DNA of 64,000 nt from Pseudomonadota bacterium (GTDB taxonomy: Bacteria > Pseudomonadota > Gammaproteobacteria > JAKAQQ01). The notes below the pieces were generated by a model. That model did no database searches. It was not told the origin of the DNA and worked only from the letters and a program-made list of their open reading frames with translations. Positions within the stretch are counted from its first letter, which is position 1; each line of letters starts with the position of its first letter. The position numbers and the translations under genes are program-made. This document shows positions 54,562 through 64,000 of the stretch, in pieces. The stretch covers positions 676 to 64,675 of the forward strand of contig DAHXNI010000019.1 in the NCBI GenBank assembly GCA_027365475.1. The letters are read 5' to 3'.

Positions 54562-54849
54562 ATGACTTTTGCACGTGTTGAGCTTGAACGGCTGGCCACT
54601 CTGGCGAGCCTGGATATCGGTCGGGAAGATCTTGAACGCCTGGGGGGCGAGCTTTCCCGGATTCTCGATTTTGTCCGTCAGCTTGAGACGGCTGCGACCC
54701 ATGAGACCGAACCTTTGACCCATCCACTTGAGCTCAACCAGCCGCTCCGGTTCGACGCGGTGGCCGAGACGGTTGACCGCGAGCGGTATCAGCGCGATGC
54801 CCCGCGGACCGAATCCGGCTATTACCTTGTGCCGCGAGTCATCGAGTGA
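54562..54849 (+). CDS. gatC: Asp/Glu-tRNA amidotransferase subunit C
   Basis: PLTHP and YYLVPRVIE motifs; upstream of gatA. Confidence 0.92.
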   Translation: MTFARVELERLATLASLDIGREDLERLGGELSRILDFVRQLETAATHETEPLTHPLELNQPLRFDAVAETVDRERYQRDAPRTESGYYLVPRVIE

Positions 54850-54862
54850 GCAGGGGAGTGCC

Positions 54863-56299
54863 ATGAAATCGCGGCACGTCCGTGCGCTCATCGAGGCAGA
54901 TCGGATCCACCCGGGCCAAGTGGCGAGACATTACCGCGAGCGGATCGCCGCATTCAACTCCCGCCTCAACGCCTTCATCACAGTGCTCGATCAAGAACCG
55001 CGAGCCCGGCCTGCAGACGCCGGGCGGTGTCTGCTCGCGGGCCTGCCGATTGCCCACAAGGATATTTTTGTGACCCGTGATGTCCGCACCACCTGTGGTT
55101 CGCGCATGCTGGGCGGATTTGTGCCGCCTTATGATGCGGGAGTGGTGGAACGTCTGGCCGATCAGGGGTGCGTTCTGCTCGGAAAGACCAATATGGATGA
55201 GTTCGCCATGGGGTCGTCCAATGAGACGAGCTATTTTGGACCGGTGCGCAACCCTTGGGATCTCGAACGCGTGCCGGGCGGATCGTCGGGAGGTTCTGCC
55301 GCAGCGGTTGCCGCAGGTCTCATTCCGGTTGCCACGGGAACGGACACGGGCGGATCCATCCGGCAGCCCGCAGCATTGTGTGGGGTAACGGGCCTCAAGC
55401 CGACCTACGGTCGCGTTTCGCGTTATGGAATGATTGCATTCGCATCGAGCCTCGACCAGGCCGGGATTCTGGCACGCTCCGCAGAGGATGCCGCGTGGGT
55501 GCTCCGCGCGATGGCGGGGCACGACCCGCGTGATTCGACTTCGGTGAACCGGCCTGTGCCGGACTATGTTGCCGCGCTCGCGCAGGGGATACGCGGATGC
55601 CGCATCGGCGTTTTGGAAAACTGCTTTGACACCGGTCTTAACCCCGAGGTCGGCGAACGGATTCGGGATGCACTGCGTGTGATGGAGAGGCTCGGCGCCA
55701 AGCTCTGCGATATCCGGCTGCCCCATCTTGCGCTTTCGGTTCCGGCCTATTACGTGTTGGCTCCAGCCGAATGTTCCTCGAACCTCGCGCGCTACGATGG
55801 AGTGCGTTTTGGACACCGTGCTCAGGATGCACAGGATCTCCCCGATCTCTACCGCCGCTCGCGCAGCGAAGGCTTCGGTGCCGAGGTCAAGCGCCGGATT
55901 CTCATCGGAACCTATGTCCTCTCCCATGGGTACTACGACGCATACTACCTTCAGGCGCAGCGGGTCCGGCGACTGATCCGCGAGGATTTTCTCCATGCAC
56001 TCGAAACGGTGGATCTCTTGGCCGGGCCGACCACGCCTACCCCTGCCTTCCGCCTCGGCGAGAAGACTGAAGACCCGCTCACCATGTATCTCAACGATAT
56101 CTACACCATCGGGGTCAATCTGGCCGGGTTGCCTGCGCTCTCGGTTCCGGCTGGACTGGTCGGTGGGTTGCCGGTCGGATTGCACCTCATCGCGGGGGAT
56201 TTCAACGAGGCTTTGATGCTCGCCGCAGCGCACGCATTTCAGGGTGCGACCGAGTGGCACGATCTTGTGCCTCCCGGCTTTGAGGAATCCGCGTCGTGA
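54863..56299 (+). CDS. gatA: Asp/Glu-tRNA amidotransferase subunit A
   Basis: [22 protein letters not shown] and [10 protein letters not shown] amidase signature. Confidence 0.96.
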   Translation: MKSRHVRALIEADRIHPGQVARHYRERIAAFNSRLNAFITVLDQEPRARPADAGRCLLAGLPIAHKDIFVTRDVRTTCGSRMLGGFVPPYDAGVVERLADQGCVLLGKTNMDEFAMGSSNETSYFGPVRNPWDLERVPGGSSGGSAAAVAAGLIPVATGTDTGGSIRQPAALCGVTGLKPTYGRVSRYGMIAFASSLDQAGILARSAEDAAWVLRAMAGHDPRDSTSVNRPVPDYVAALAQGIRGCRIGVLENCFDTGLNPEVGERIRDALRVMERLGAKLCDIRLPHLALSVPAYYVLAPAECSSNLARYDGVRFGHRAQDAQDLPDLYRRSRSEGFGAEVKRRILIGTYVLSHGYYDAYYLQAQRVRRLIREDFLHALETVDLLAGPTTPTPAFRLGEKTEDPLTMYLNDIYTIGVNLAGLPALSVPAGLVGGLPVGLHLIAGDFNEALMLAAAHAFQGATEWHDLVPPGFEESAS

Positions 56300-57738
56300 A
56301 ATGGGAGTCCGTAATCGGACTCGAGGTTCACGCACAGCTTGCAACCGAGAGCAAGATTTTTTCCTCGACGCCAACACGTTACGGAGCGGAACCCAACACT
56401 CAAGCCGGCCTCATCGATCTTGGCTATCCCGGTGTGCTTCCGGTCCTCAACCAGAAAGCCGTCGAGCTGGCCGTTACGTTCGGGCTGGCCATCGATGCCA
56501 GCATTGGCCGCCGATCCGTTTTTGCGCGTAAGAACTATTTTTATCCGGATCTTCCCAAAGGCTATCAGATCAGCCAGTACGACCGGCCGATCGTTACCGG
56601 GGGAGGGCTCGATGTGCTGTTGAGTGATGGATCCGTGAAGCGGATCGGAATCACACGCGCCCATCTCGAGGAGGATGCCGGCAAATCAGTGCACGACCTT
56701 TTTCCCGATTCGAGCGGAATCGATCTCAACCGTGCCGGAACCCCGCTTCTTGAAATCGTCTCGGAACCGGATCTGCGTTCAGCCGAGGAAGCTGTAGCGT
56801 ATTTGAAGTGTCTCCATACCCTGGTGCGCTATCTTGAGATTTGCGATGGCAACATGCAGGAAGGGTCGTTCCGGTGCGATGCCAACGTCTCGGTTCGCCC
56901 GATTGGACAGCACGACCTGTCAACCCGGACCGAGATCAAGAACCTCAACTCGTTCCGATTTGTGGAACAGGCCATTGCATTCGAGATCGACCGCCAGATC
57001 AGGGTCCATGAAGACGGCGGGATCATCGTCCAGGAAACCCGGCTTTATGATGCCAACCGGCGCGAAACCCGCCCGCTGAGGACCAAGGAAGATGCCCATG
57101 ACTACCGCTATTTCCCGGACCCGGATCTGCTGCCGCTTGTTTTGGAGGAACGCTTCATCGAGGCGATTGCCTCCCGCCTGCCGGAGTTGCCGCGCGCCAA
57201 ACGTGACCGCTTCATGGCAGTCTATGGTCTGAGCGTCTACGATGCGACTGTGCTCACCCAGTCCCGTGCGCTCGCTGAATATTATGAGACGGGCATGAAG
57301 GGGAGTGCGCTCGATTCCAAAATCATGGCCAACTGGGTGATGGGCGAGGTTCTGGCCGGTCTCAATCGCGATCATCTCGAGATTGAGGCGGTGCCGGTTT
57401 CCGCGACTGATCTGGCCGGACTCCTCGCACGAATCGGGGATGGGACGCTTTCCGGAAAAATGGCGAAAGAGGTTTTTGAAGCCATGTGGACAGGGGGTGG
57501 AACAGCGGATGCGGTCATTGATGCCAAGAGTCTTCGGCAGCTTAGCGACACGGATACCCTGGAGGGCGTGATCGACACGGTGATTGCGGCCCATCCGGAG
57601 CAGTGGGCGGAATACTGTGCGGGGCGGGACAAGCTGCTCGGTTTTTTCGTCGGGCAGGTGATGCAGGCGACCCGCGGACAGGCGAGCCCCAAGCTCCTCA
57701 ATGCCTTGCTTCAGAAAAAGCGTCACCCAGAATCATAG
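56296..57738 (+). CDS. gatB: Asp/Glu-tRNA amidotransferase subunit B
   Basis: [22 protein letters not shown] and [10 protein letters not shown] motifs. Confidence 0.97.
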   Translation: MKWESVIGLEVHAQLATESKIFSSTPTRYGAEPNTQAGLIDLGYPGVLPVLNQKAVELAVTFGLAIDASIGRRSVFARKNYFYPDLPKGYQISQYDRPIVTGGGLDVLLSDGSVKRIGITRAHLEEDAGKSVHDLFPDSSGIDLNRAGTPLLEIVSEPDLRSAEEAVAYLKCLHTLVRYLEICDGNMQEGSFRCDANVSVRPIGQHDLSTRTEIKNLNSFRFVEQAIAFEIDRQIRVHEDGGIIVQETRLYDANRRETRPLRTKEDAHDYRYFPDPDLLPLVLEERFIEAIASRLPELPRAKRDRFMAVYGLSVYDATVLTQSRALAEYYETGMKGSALDSKIMANWVMGEVLAGLNRDHLEIEAVPVSATDLAGLLARIGDGTLSGKMAKEVFEAMWTGGGTADAVIDAKSLRQLSDTDTLEGVIDTVIAAHPEQWAEYCAGRDKLLGFFVGQVMQATRGQASPKLLNALLQKKRHPES

Positions 57739-57747
57739 GAAGGCACA

Positions 57748-58497
57748 TCAAGGGTGTCCGCACGTCCGGCAATCCGGATCCCGTGACAAGCGGATTCTCT
57801 TGAATGTTCCGCGAACAGCATCGAACGTCAGCAGGAATCCGGACCAGGGACTGGGGTGTCCCAAAAGGAGATCCAGGCTGGCCTGGGCCTCAAGGCTGCC
57901 GATGATGCCGGCGACGGGTCCCGAAATACCATTCACAGAGCAGGTTTCGAGCGGCCCGTTGGCATCCGATTCCGGATAAAGACAGGTGTAGCAGGGGCTG
58001 TCCGGTTCGCGAAAATCGAATACCGCAAACTGTCCTTCGTAGCGGATGCAGGCTCCACTCACCAGTGGCCGCCGCAGGCGCAGGCAGGCCAGATTGACCG
58101 CATCGCGCGTTGCAAAATTGTCACTCGTGTCTACGACGAGATCAACTGTTGCGACAGATGCCTCCAGTTCCTTTTGCGAAAGGCGCAGTGGGAACGTTTC
58201 AATCACCAGGGAATGGTTGCGGGTGTAGAGGAGTGATGCGGCCGCCTCGACTTTGGGCCGGCCGATGTCGCTTTCGGCAAAAAGCAGTTGACGGTGAAGG
58301 TTCGTTTCATCGACCCGATCGAAATCATTGAGCAGAAGGGTCCCCACACCGGCTGTGGCCAGATAAAGGGCAACCGTTCCGCCGAGACCGCCGAGGCCCA
58401 CGAGGAGGACGCGCGCACGCAGGATCCGATCCTGGCCCTCTGCGCCCCAGTCGCCCAGCACGGTCTGGCGGATATAACGGGTCGTCGAATCGGACAT
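57748..58497 (-). CDS. MoeB/ThiF-family adenylyltransferase
   Basis: GLGGLG, D.VDETNLHRQ, CYTC and CRTC motifs. Confidence 0.9.
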   Translation of the reverse strand: MSDSTTRYIRQTVLGDWGAEGQDRILRARVLLVGLGGLGGTVALYLATAGVGTLLLNDFDRVDETNLHRQLLFAESDIGRPKVEAAASLLYTRNHSLVIETFPLRLSQKELEASVATVDLVVDTSDNFATRDAVNLACLRLRRPLVSGACIRYEGQFAVFDFREPDSPCYTCLYPESDANGPLETCSVNGISGPVAGIIGSLEAQASLDLLLGHPSPWSGFLLTFDAVRGTFKRIRLSRDPDCRTCGHP

Positions 58498-58543
58498 ACC
58501 TGATATTATGACAAGGGATGGCGCGGCAGGTTCGGCACGGGAC

Positions 58544-59185
58544 ATGAGTATCACCGAAATCTATCTCAAATCATTTACGGCTCTGATCGCGCTTTTGAAT
58601 CCCATCGGTGCGATCCCGATTTTCATCAATCTCACTCAGAGCCAGATCGAACGCCAACGCAATCGCACGGCGCGAAATGCTGCGTTCACGGTGCTCGCCG
58701 TACTGCTGGTCAGCTTTTTCACCGGAGATGCCCTGTTGGGGTTTTTTGGCATCGGCATCGCCTCCTTCCGCATCGCGGGCGGACTTTTGATCCTTCTCAT
58801 GGCACTCGCCATGCTGCAGGCCAAAACCAGTGCCGTCAAGCAGACCGAGGAGGAGATTGAGGATTCAAGCCTCAGGGAAAATATCGCCGTGGTTCCGCTG
58901 GGCATTCCGCTCCTCGCGGGTCCGGGTGCCATCAGCACGGTCATCCTGTATTCACAGCAGCATTCCTCTCTGCTCTACGCGTTCGGCGAGGTCGGCGTCA
59001 TTTTTCTGAGCGTATTCATCACCTGGTGCTGTCTGCGCGGGGCACCCTATATTGCGCGCTGGCTCGGGCGAACGGGCATCAACGTCTTCACCCGGATCAT
59101 GGGGCTCATCATGGCAGCGATCGGGGTGGAGTTCATCGCCAAGGGAGTCCAGGCCCTGTTCCCGTTACTCATGCGGCACGGATAA
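58544..59185 (+). CDS. MarC/YchE-family membrane protein
   Basis: LNPIGAIPIF, IAGGLL, VPLGIPLLAGPGAI and RIMGL motifs. Confidence 0.92.
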   Translation: MSITEIYLKSFTALIALLNPIGAIPIFINLTQSQIERQRNRTARNAAFTVLAVLLVSFFTGDALLGFFGIGIASFRIAGGLLILLMALAMLQAKTSAVKQTEEEIEDSSLRENIAVVPLGIPLLAGPGAISTVILYSQQHSSLLYAFGEVGVIFLSVFITWCCLRGAPYIARWLGRTGINVFTRIMGLIMAAIGVEFIAKGVQALFPLLMRHG

Positions 59186-59277
59186 ACGACTGAACGACCG
59201 TGGTCCTCTGGATGGAGGGCCGGGCTTCCGGGCACCCATGCGAGGAGGCTACGAAAGAATATAGGCTCAGGCTTTTT

Positions 59278-60195
59278 TTACCGGTGTTCAGGAACCGGAT
59301 GGCCCAGCCAGGCTGCGAACGTGCCCTGCGTGTGCCCGCCGACATCCTGGTAGCCTGCCACTTCTTGCCAGCCGTTCGCCTTAAAGATCATGTCCAGAGC
59401 GCTGGCCTGCTCGCGGGCGTGCTCCACGATCAGCCATCCGGGGGGTCTCAGCCGGTCTGAGGCTCCCTCGATAATCCGGCACAGGGCTTCGAGCCCGGTG
59501 GGCCCCGCGACGAGGCTCGTGCGCGGTTCAAAACGGATGCCATCGGTATCGAGCGCAGGATCATGATCTGAAAGGTAGGGAGGATTCGATACGATCCAGT
59601 CGAACGCGAGGCCCTGGGGAAGCGCTTCAAACCAGTCTCCGGCCCGGAAAACAATCGACGGAGTTCCGAGTGCACGGGCATTCCCGCGGGCGACGGCCAA
59701 TGCTTCGCAACTCTGATCGGTGGCCCAGATCTCAAGTCCAGGCCGCTCGCGGGCGAGCGTGATCGCAAGCGCACCGCATCCGGTACCGAGATCGAGCAGC
59801 CGACCTGGACGATCTTCGGGAATGAGATGCAATGCTTGAGCGACCAGTGCCTCGGTCTCGGGGCGCGGCACAAGCGTGTGCCGGTTGACCTCGAAATCGA
59901 GCGACCAGAACCCCCAGTGCCCCGAGAGATAGGCCAGCGGTTCCCCGCTTTCCCTTCTCATGACGAGATCCTCAAAGCGCGCCAGCAGATCGGGTTCAAG
60001 GGAACGGGCGGGTTCGGTGAAAAGACGGGTGAGGGGGCATCCGAGGCATTCGGCCAGCAAAAGCTGAGCCTCGCGTTTTGGGGTTGCGAGCTGGTTGGCA
60101 AGGCGATGGGTCGCCCACTCCAACGCAGATTCGACCGTCGGCCGGGGTCCCAGTCCGCTTTTGCTAAAATAACCGTTTGGCAAGGATTCAGCCAC
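59278..60195 (-). CDS. prmC: Release factor glutamine methyltransferase (start uncertain)
   Basis: GEPLAY, LVPRPETE, LDLGTGCG and SNPPY motifs. Confidence 0.9.
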   Translation of the reverse strand: MAESLPNGYFSKSGLGPRPTVESALEWATHRLANQLATPKREAQLLLAECLGCPLTRLFTEPARSLEPDLLARFEDLVMRRESGEPLAYLSGHWGFWSLDFEVNRHTLVPRPETEALVAQALHLIPEDRPGRLLDLGTGCGALAITLARERPGLEIWATDQSCEALAVARGNARALGTPSIVFRAGDWFEALPQGLAFDWIVSNPPYLSDHDPALDTDGIRFEPRTSLVAGPTGLEALCRIIEGASDRLRPPGWLIVEHAREQASALDMIFKANGWQEVAGYQDVGGHTQGTFAAWLGHPVPEHR

Positions 60196-60216
60196 GATGC
60201 ACAACGAGTGGGGGAG

Positions 60217-61599
60217 ATGAAAGTCTATCAAAGCCTGCTGGAGCTGATTGGCCAGACGCCGATTCTCGAGGTTGAGGGATTCGATCTCGGCGGATCGCGC
60301 CTCTTCCTCAAGCTCGAACTCATGAATCCGGGCGGATCGATCAAGGACCGGATTGGCGTGGGGCTGATCGCTGCGGCGGAGGCGCGCGGGGAGATCCGCC
60401 CACCTGGCCTCCTGGTTGAGGCGACAGCCGGCAATACCGGGATCGCCCTCGCACTGGCCGCACTCCGCAAGGGGTACGTCCTGCTCCTGATAGTCCCCGA
60501 CAAGATGAGTGGCGAAAAGATCGCACAGTTGCGTGCCATGGGTGCCGAGATTCGGGTCACCCGCTCTGATGTGTCCCGTGGTCACCCGGAGCATTATCAG
60601 GATCTGGCCGAACGGATTGCACGCGAACGCGGTGGCTACTACATCAACCAGTTTGCCAACCCCGACAATCCGCGTGTACATGAACAGAAAACGGGCCCTG
60701 AAATCTGGGAGCAGATGGACGGTGAGCTCGATGCGATCGTCTTGGGAGCCGGTACGACAGGGACACTCACCGGAGTCGGCCGGTACCTCAAACGGCAGAA
60801 GCCGAAGATCGAGGTGATTCTGGCTGATCCAGTGGGCTCGGTGCTTGCTGGCTACCTCAAAACCGGCCAGCTCGCGGAGAAGGGTCGCTGGCTGGTCGAG
60901 GGGATCGGCGAGGATCACATTCCCCCGATCAGCGATCTCACACTGGTCGACCGCGCCTATACGATCCCGGATCATGAATCGTTTGCGGCTATCCGGCAAC
61001 TCCTTAAAAATACGGGTCTTTTGGCGGGGACCTCTACCGGGACACTCCTCGCCGCGGCTCTGCGCTACGCCCGGGATGCGAGTACTCCCAAGCGGATCCT
61101 GACACTGGCCTGCGATACCGGCACCCGTTATCTCTCCAAGGCGTTCAACCCGGACTGGCTTTACGAGCAGGGACTCACACCGCGCAGGAACTTTGGCGAT
61201 CTCCGGGATTGTGTCTCGCATCATTACGCGCATGGGGAAGTGGCCTCCGTTTCCCCCGCTGACAGCCTTGAGATCGCCTACCGACGTATGCGTCAGGGCG
61301 AATACTCCCAACTGCCGGTTTTGGATGGGGGTCGACTGGTTGGCCTTCTGACGGAGGTGGATATCATGATGGCGCTTAACGATCCAGCCCGCGGTTCCCA
61401 GAGCCCCGCCCGGGACTCCCTCAATCGTGTGGCTCCCGAACTCGACTCCCAGGCGTCTATGGGCACCCTGATCGGGCTGCTCGCAACCGAATCCGCCGTA
61501 GCCATCCGGCATGAGCAGGCATTTTACGGATTGGCAACGCGCACCGATGTCATCACGCACTTTCGGCGCGCGGGGGAAACCGCGGGGGGCCTGCCATGA
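60217..61599 (+). CDS. cbs: Cystathionine beta-synthase with C-terminal CBS domains
   Basis: NPGGSIKDR, EATAGNTG, GTTGT and EGIGED motifs; CBS pair SQLPVLD. Confidence 0.9.
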   Translation: MKVYQSLLELIGQTPILEVEGFDLGGSRLFLKLELMNPGGSIKDRIGVGLIAAAEARGEIRPPGLLVEATAGNTGIALALAALRKGYVLLLIVPDKMSGEKIAQLRAMGAEIRVTRSDVSRGHPEHYQDLAERIARERGGYYINQFANPDNPRVHEQKTGPEIWEQMDGELDAIVLGAGTTGTLTGVGRYLKRQKPKIEVILADPVGSVLAGYLKTGQLAEKGRWLVEGIGEDHIPPISDLTLVDRAYTIPDHESFAAIRQLLKNTGLLAGTSTGTLLAAALRYARDASTPKRILTLACDTGTRYLSKAFNPDWLYEQGLTPRRNFGDLRDCVSHHYAHGEVASVSPADSLEIAYRRMRQGEYSQLPVLDGGRLVGLLTEVDIMMALNDPARGSQSPARDSLNRVAPELDSQASMGTLIGLLATESAVAIRHEQAFYGLATRTDVITHFRRAGETAGGLP

Positions 61600-62777
61600 C
61601 CGAATCGAAGACGCAGGGTTTTGCAACCCGGGCCCTGCATGCCGGCCAGCCGGCCGATCCCTTGACCGGTGCAGTCAATGTTCCAATTTATGCAACGTCC
61701 ACATTCCGCCAGACCAGTCCGGGTGTCCACCTCGGCTATGAGTATTCGCGTACCCGCAATCCGACCCGGGACGCATTGGAACGCTGTATGGCCAATCTGG
61801 AGTCGGGGAGCCGCGCCATGGCCTTTGCCTCCGGCTTGGCTGCTTCGGCCGCCGTGCTGGAACTGCTTCCGCATGGAAGCCTGATCCTCGCCATGGATGA
61901 TCTTTACGGTGGAACCCGCCGTCTGCTGAGCCAGGTGCGTACAACGAGCGCCGGACTCACGGTGCACTACGCCGATCTCCGGGATCCCGAGGCGCTGGCT
62001 GAGGGGCTTCGGGCGGAACCCCGGATGATCTGGGTGGAAACCCCGACCAACCCGCTCCTCCGCATCGTGAATCTCGAACGGTTGGCCGAGGTGGCACGCG
62101 CACGGGGGATTCTCACCGTCTGCGACAATACCTTTGCCACACCCTGGCTCCAGCGCCCGCTGGAGCATGGGTTTGACGTGGTGGTGCATTCGACGACCAA
62201 GTACCTCAATGGCCATTCGGATGTCGTCGGTGGAGTCGCGGTTATCCATCCTGACCGGAAGGATCTTGAGGAGCGCCTCGCCTATCTCCAAAACGCAACG
62301 GGCGGCATCCCGGGACCCTTCGACTGCTTCCTGACACTGCGCGGGATCCATACCCTTGCCCTGCGCATGGAACGCCACTGTAGCCAGGCGCTTGAGCTCG
62401 CACGCTGGCTCGAAACCCATCCTGGGGTCGAACGGGTGGTATACCCGGGATTGCCCTCCCACCCGGACCATCTCCTTGCACGCCGGCAGATGCGCGCGTT
62501 TGGAGGAATGGTGACGATCGTCGTGCGTGGGGGCCTGACTGCTGCCCGCAGGGTGCTTGAGCGGGTCTCGCTCTTCACGCTCGCGGAAAGCCTCGGCGGA
62601 GTGGAAAGCCTGATCGAGCATCCGGGTCTCATGACACACGCGAGTGTTTCGGAAAGCGAGCGGCGGGTACTCGGAATCGAGGATGGCCTGATCCGTCTGT
62701 CGGTCGGCATCGAAGATCTCGATGATCTTATGGCCGATCTGCAATATGCTCTCGCAAACTCTGGGGGTCCTATATGA
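61596..62777 (+). CDS. Cystathionine gamma-lyase/gamma-synthase
   Basis: YSRTRNPT, ETPTNP, STTKYLNGHSD and LAESLGG motifs; ATGA overlap with cbs. Confidence 0.92.
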   Translation: MTESKTQGFATRALHAGQPADPLTGAVNVPIYATSTFRQTSPGVHLGYEYSRTRNPTRDALERCMANLESGSRAMAFASGLAASAAVLELLPHGSLILAMDDLYGGTRRLLSQVRTTSAGLTVHYADLRDPEALAEGLRAEPRMIWVETPTNPLLRIVNLERLAEVARARGILTVCDNTFATPWLQRPLEHGFDVVVHSTTKYLNGHSDVVGGVAVIHPDRKDLEERLAYLQNATGGIPGPFDCFLTLRGIHTLALRMERHCSQALELARWLETHPGVERVVYPGLPSHPDHLLARRQMRAFGGMVTIVVRGGLTAARRVLERVSLFTLAESLGGVESLIEHPGLMTHASVSESERRVLGIEDGLIRLSVGIEDLDDLMADLQYALANSGGPI

Positions 62778-63268
62778 GCGCTTTCGATTTTGATTCGACG
62801 CGTGAGATGCGTTATCTCATGGCCGGTCTCAAAGACGGTTCGGTATCACCCGTGACCTGTTATGAAGCGCTTTGTCGCGCCAGCCTGTTCACGGTCAATC
62901 GGGTGAGAGCAGATGAGGTTGTCGGGCCCGCCCAAGGAGGCGGGTTGCGCAATCTCCAGGCGGTCGTGATGGATCTACCGCCACATGGGCGCCATGTCGC
63001 CCTGTTTTTGACACATGAGGAAGCGCAGGCATATGCCCAGGGGCTTGCTGGTGAACATGAAGTGATTGGGACGCTCGGTGGGATGCTCGTAGCGGGTCTG
63101 CCCCAGGGCGTTGGGATTGTCGTGCAGCCGCTACCCGGGGAAGGCGGATTCCGGTTGTCCGCATCTGGACTGGAGCGCCTGAAACGCGACTTCGGAATCG
63201 CCTTGCCACCTCCACAGGGAGAATCCGGAACGGATCTGGATCAACCCGTCTCCGGAACCCTGCAATAG
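62774..63268 (+). CDS. SseB-family protein (putative)
   Basis: VALFLTHEE and LVAGLPQGVGIVVQP..GFRLS resemble the SseB N-domain; ATGA overlap with the upstream gene. Confidence 0.55.
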   Translation: MSAFDFDSTREMRYLMAGLKDGSVSPVTCYEALCRASLFTVNRVRADEVVGPAQGGGLRNLQAVVMDLPPHGRHVALFLTHEEAQAYAQGLAGEHEVIGTLGGMLVAGLPQGVGIVVQPLPGEGGFRLSASGLERLKRDFGIALPPPQGESGTDLDQPVSGTLQ

Positions 63269-63769
63269 CCGGATATGTGCCCGCTTTGCGGTGCTGGCAC
63301 GGCCAGAGAGTGCCTTGACCCAATCGCGTGCGCGAACTCCCGTTGCTTTTGATGACCTGCTTGGGATGCGCCCTGCGCGCATTGCCTGCTGCCGTTGACT
63401 GGGTGGCTCAAGAAGCATTTGCGAGAAAAACAGCCGACAGGATTGTTTTGCAAGATCTGATCCTGGCTTTTCATTTCTACGAATGCGCAGGAGGTCGATT
63501 GCTGCAAACTGGTTGTACCTGGGGATCCAGTCCGTGAGGGCTACGGAAGGGCTGCTTGCTTGCGCCATAAGCTTGGTTTTTCCGTGGTGAGGGGCCCATG
63601 GCACGATACGGCCAAGGAAGCGCCTGTATCAGCGCACCCGATTCCTCAAGAATAGCCGCTTTGCCTGCCCGATCGGTGATGTGGAGGGTCCAGTCCATGA
63701 CACCCGGCACCCCATCTCTGGTAAGCTGAATCCAAGGTTGCCCGCATAATATAACGCGAGTCTCCAAAA

Positions 63770-64000
63770 TTGAGAAAAATAGAAAACCATCGACGCCCGA
63801 TTGAAGCGCGGTCGGCGCAGTGGGCCATAAAATTGGCGACATTCCTTGTTCGCAAGCATATTTCGCCTAATCAGATTTCGGGATCCAGCGTGTTCTTTGC
63901 ACTGATCGGCGCCGCTTTGCTGATTTATGATCCCGGCCCGATCGGTCTCCTCGCGTGCGCGCTGTGTATCCAGGCGCGACTTGTGTGTAACCTGCTGGAT
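63770..64000 (+). CDS. CDP-alcohol phosphatidyltransferase family protein, runs off the window
   Basis: Hand translation from TTG 63770: MRKIENHRRPIEARS..ISPNQIS..IQARLVCNLLD; absent from the ORF track because it has no stop in the window. Confidence 0.8.
   Translation, partial: MRKIENHRRPIEARSAQWAIKLATFLVRKHISPNQISGSSVFFALIGAALLIYDPGPIGLLACALCIQARLVCNLLD

Noticed and set aside
59278-61626. 782-aa ORF that looks like a long PrmC fusion
   Set aside because: The N-terminal ~470 aa is the antisense frame of cbs.
63270-63760. Minus-strand frames faintly resembling an Ntn/choloylglycine hydrolase
   Set aside because: Similarity is weak and the frame would run into the clear + strand phosphatidyltransferase start; this ~500 bp is left unexplained.

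Overview
This is a GC-rich, mostly core-genome stretch from what looks like a free-living gammaproteobacterium; the very basic periplasmic proteins suggest an acidophile. Core blocks are tig-clpP-clpX-lon-hupB-tRNA(Val,Asp)-ppiD; fabI-mltD-gloB/yafS-rnhA-dnaQ-nhaP-OMP-ugd; phhAB; gcvT-H-PA-tpx-PB-adoK-rlmI-lgt-thyA-kynU-lipB; the mre/mrd/mltB/rlpA/dacA/dat cluster; gatCAB; moeB/marC/prmC; and cbs-cgl-sseB. There are two accessory zones. The first (1-12.6 kb) holds two PIN toxin-antitoxin operons, a truncated IS110, a dead IS630 with visible TIRs and TA ends, other remnants, tRNA-His and tRNA-Lys, a decayed tyrosine integrase, and a methyltransferase, carbonic anhydrase and RND cargo before tRNA-Leu. 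The second (42.5-44.9 kb) holds a hicB remnant, a Phd-PIN operon, a pagL-like gene and an IS30 remnant. I found no CRISPR array, rRNA or intact prophage, and I cannot demonstrate a new system from sequence alone. The best leads are a thiol peroxidase embedded in, and apparently translationally coupled to, the glycine-cleavage operon; repeated tiny ORFs that exactly bridge intergenic gaps with stop/start overlaps at both ends; an apparently leaderless TA promoter; and an SseB-like gene coupled to the H2S-producing CBS/CGL pair. All gene calls come from motif recognition, not database searches.
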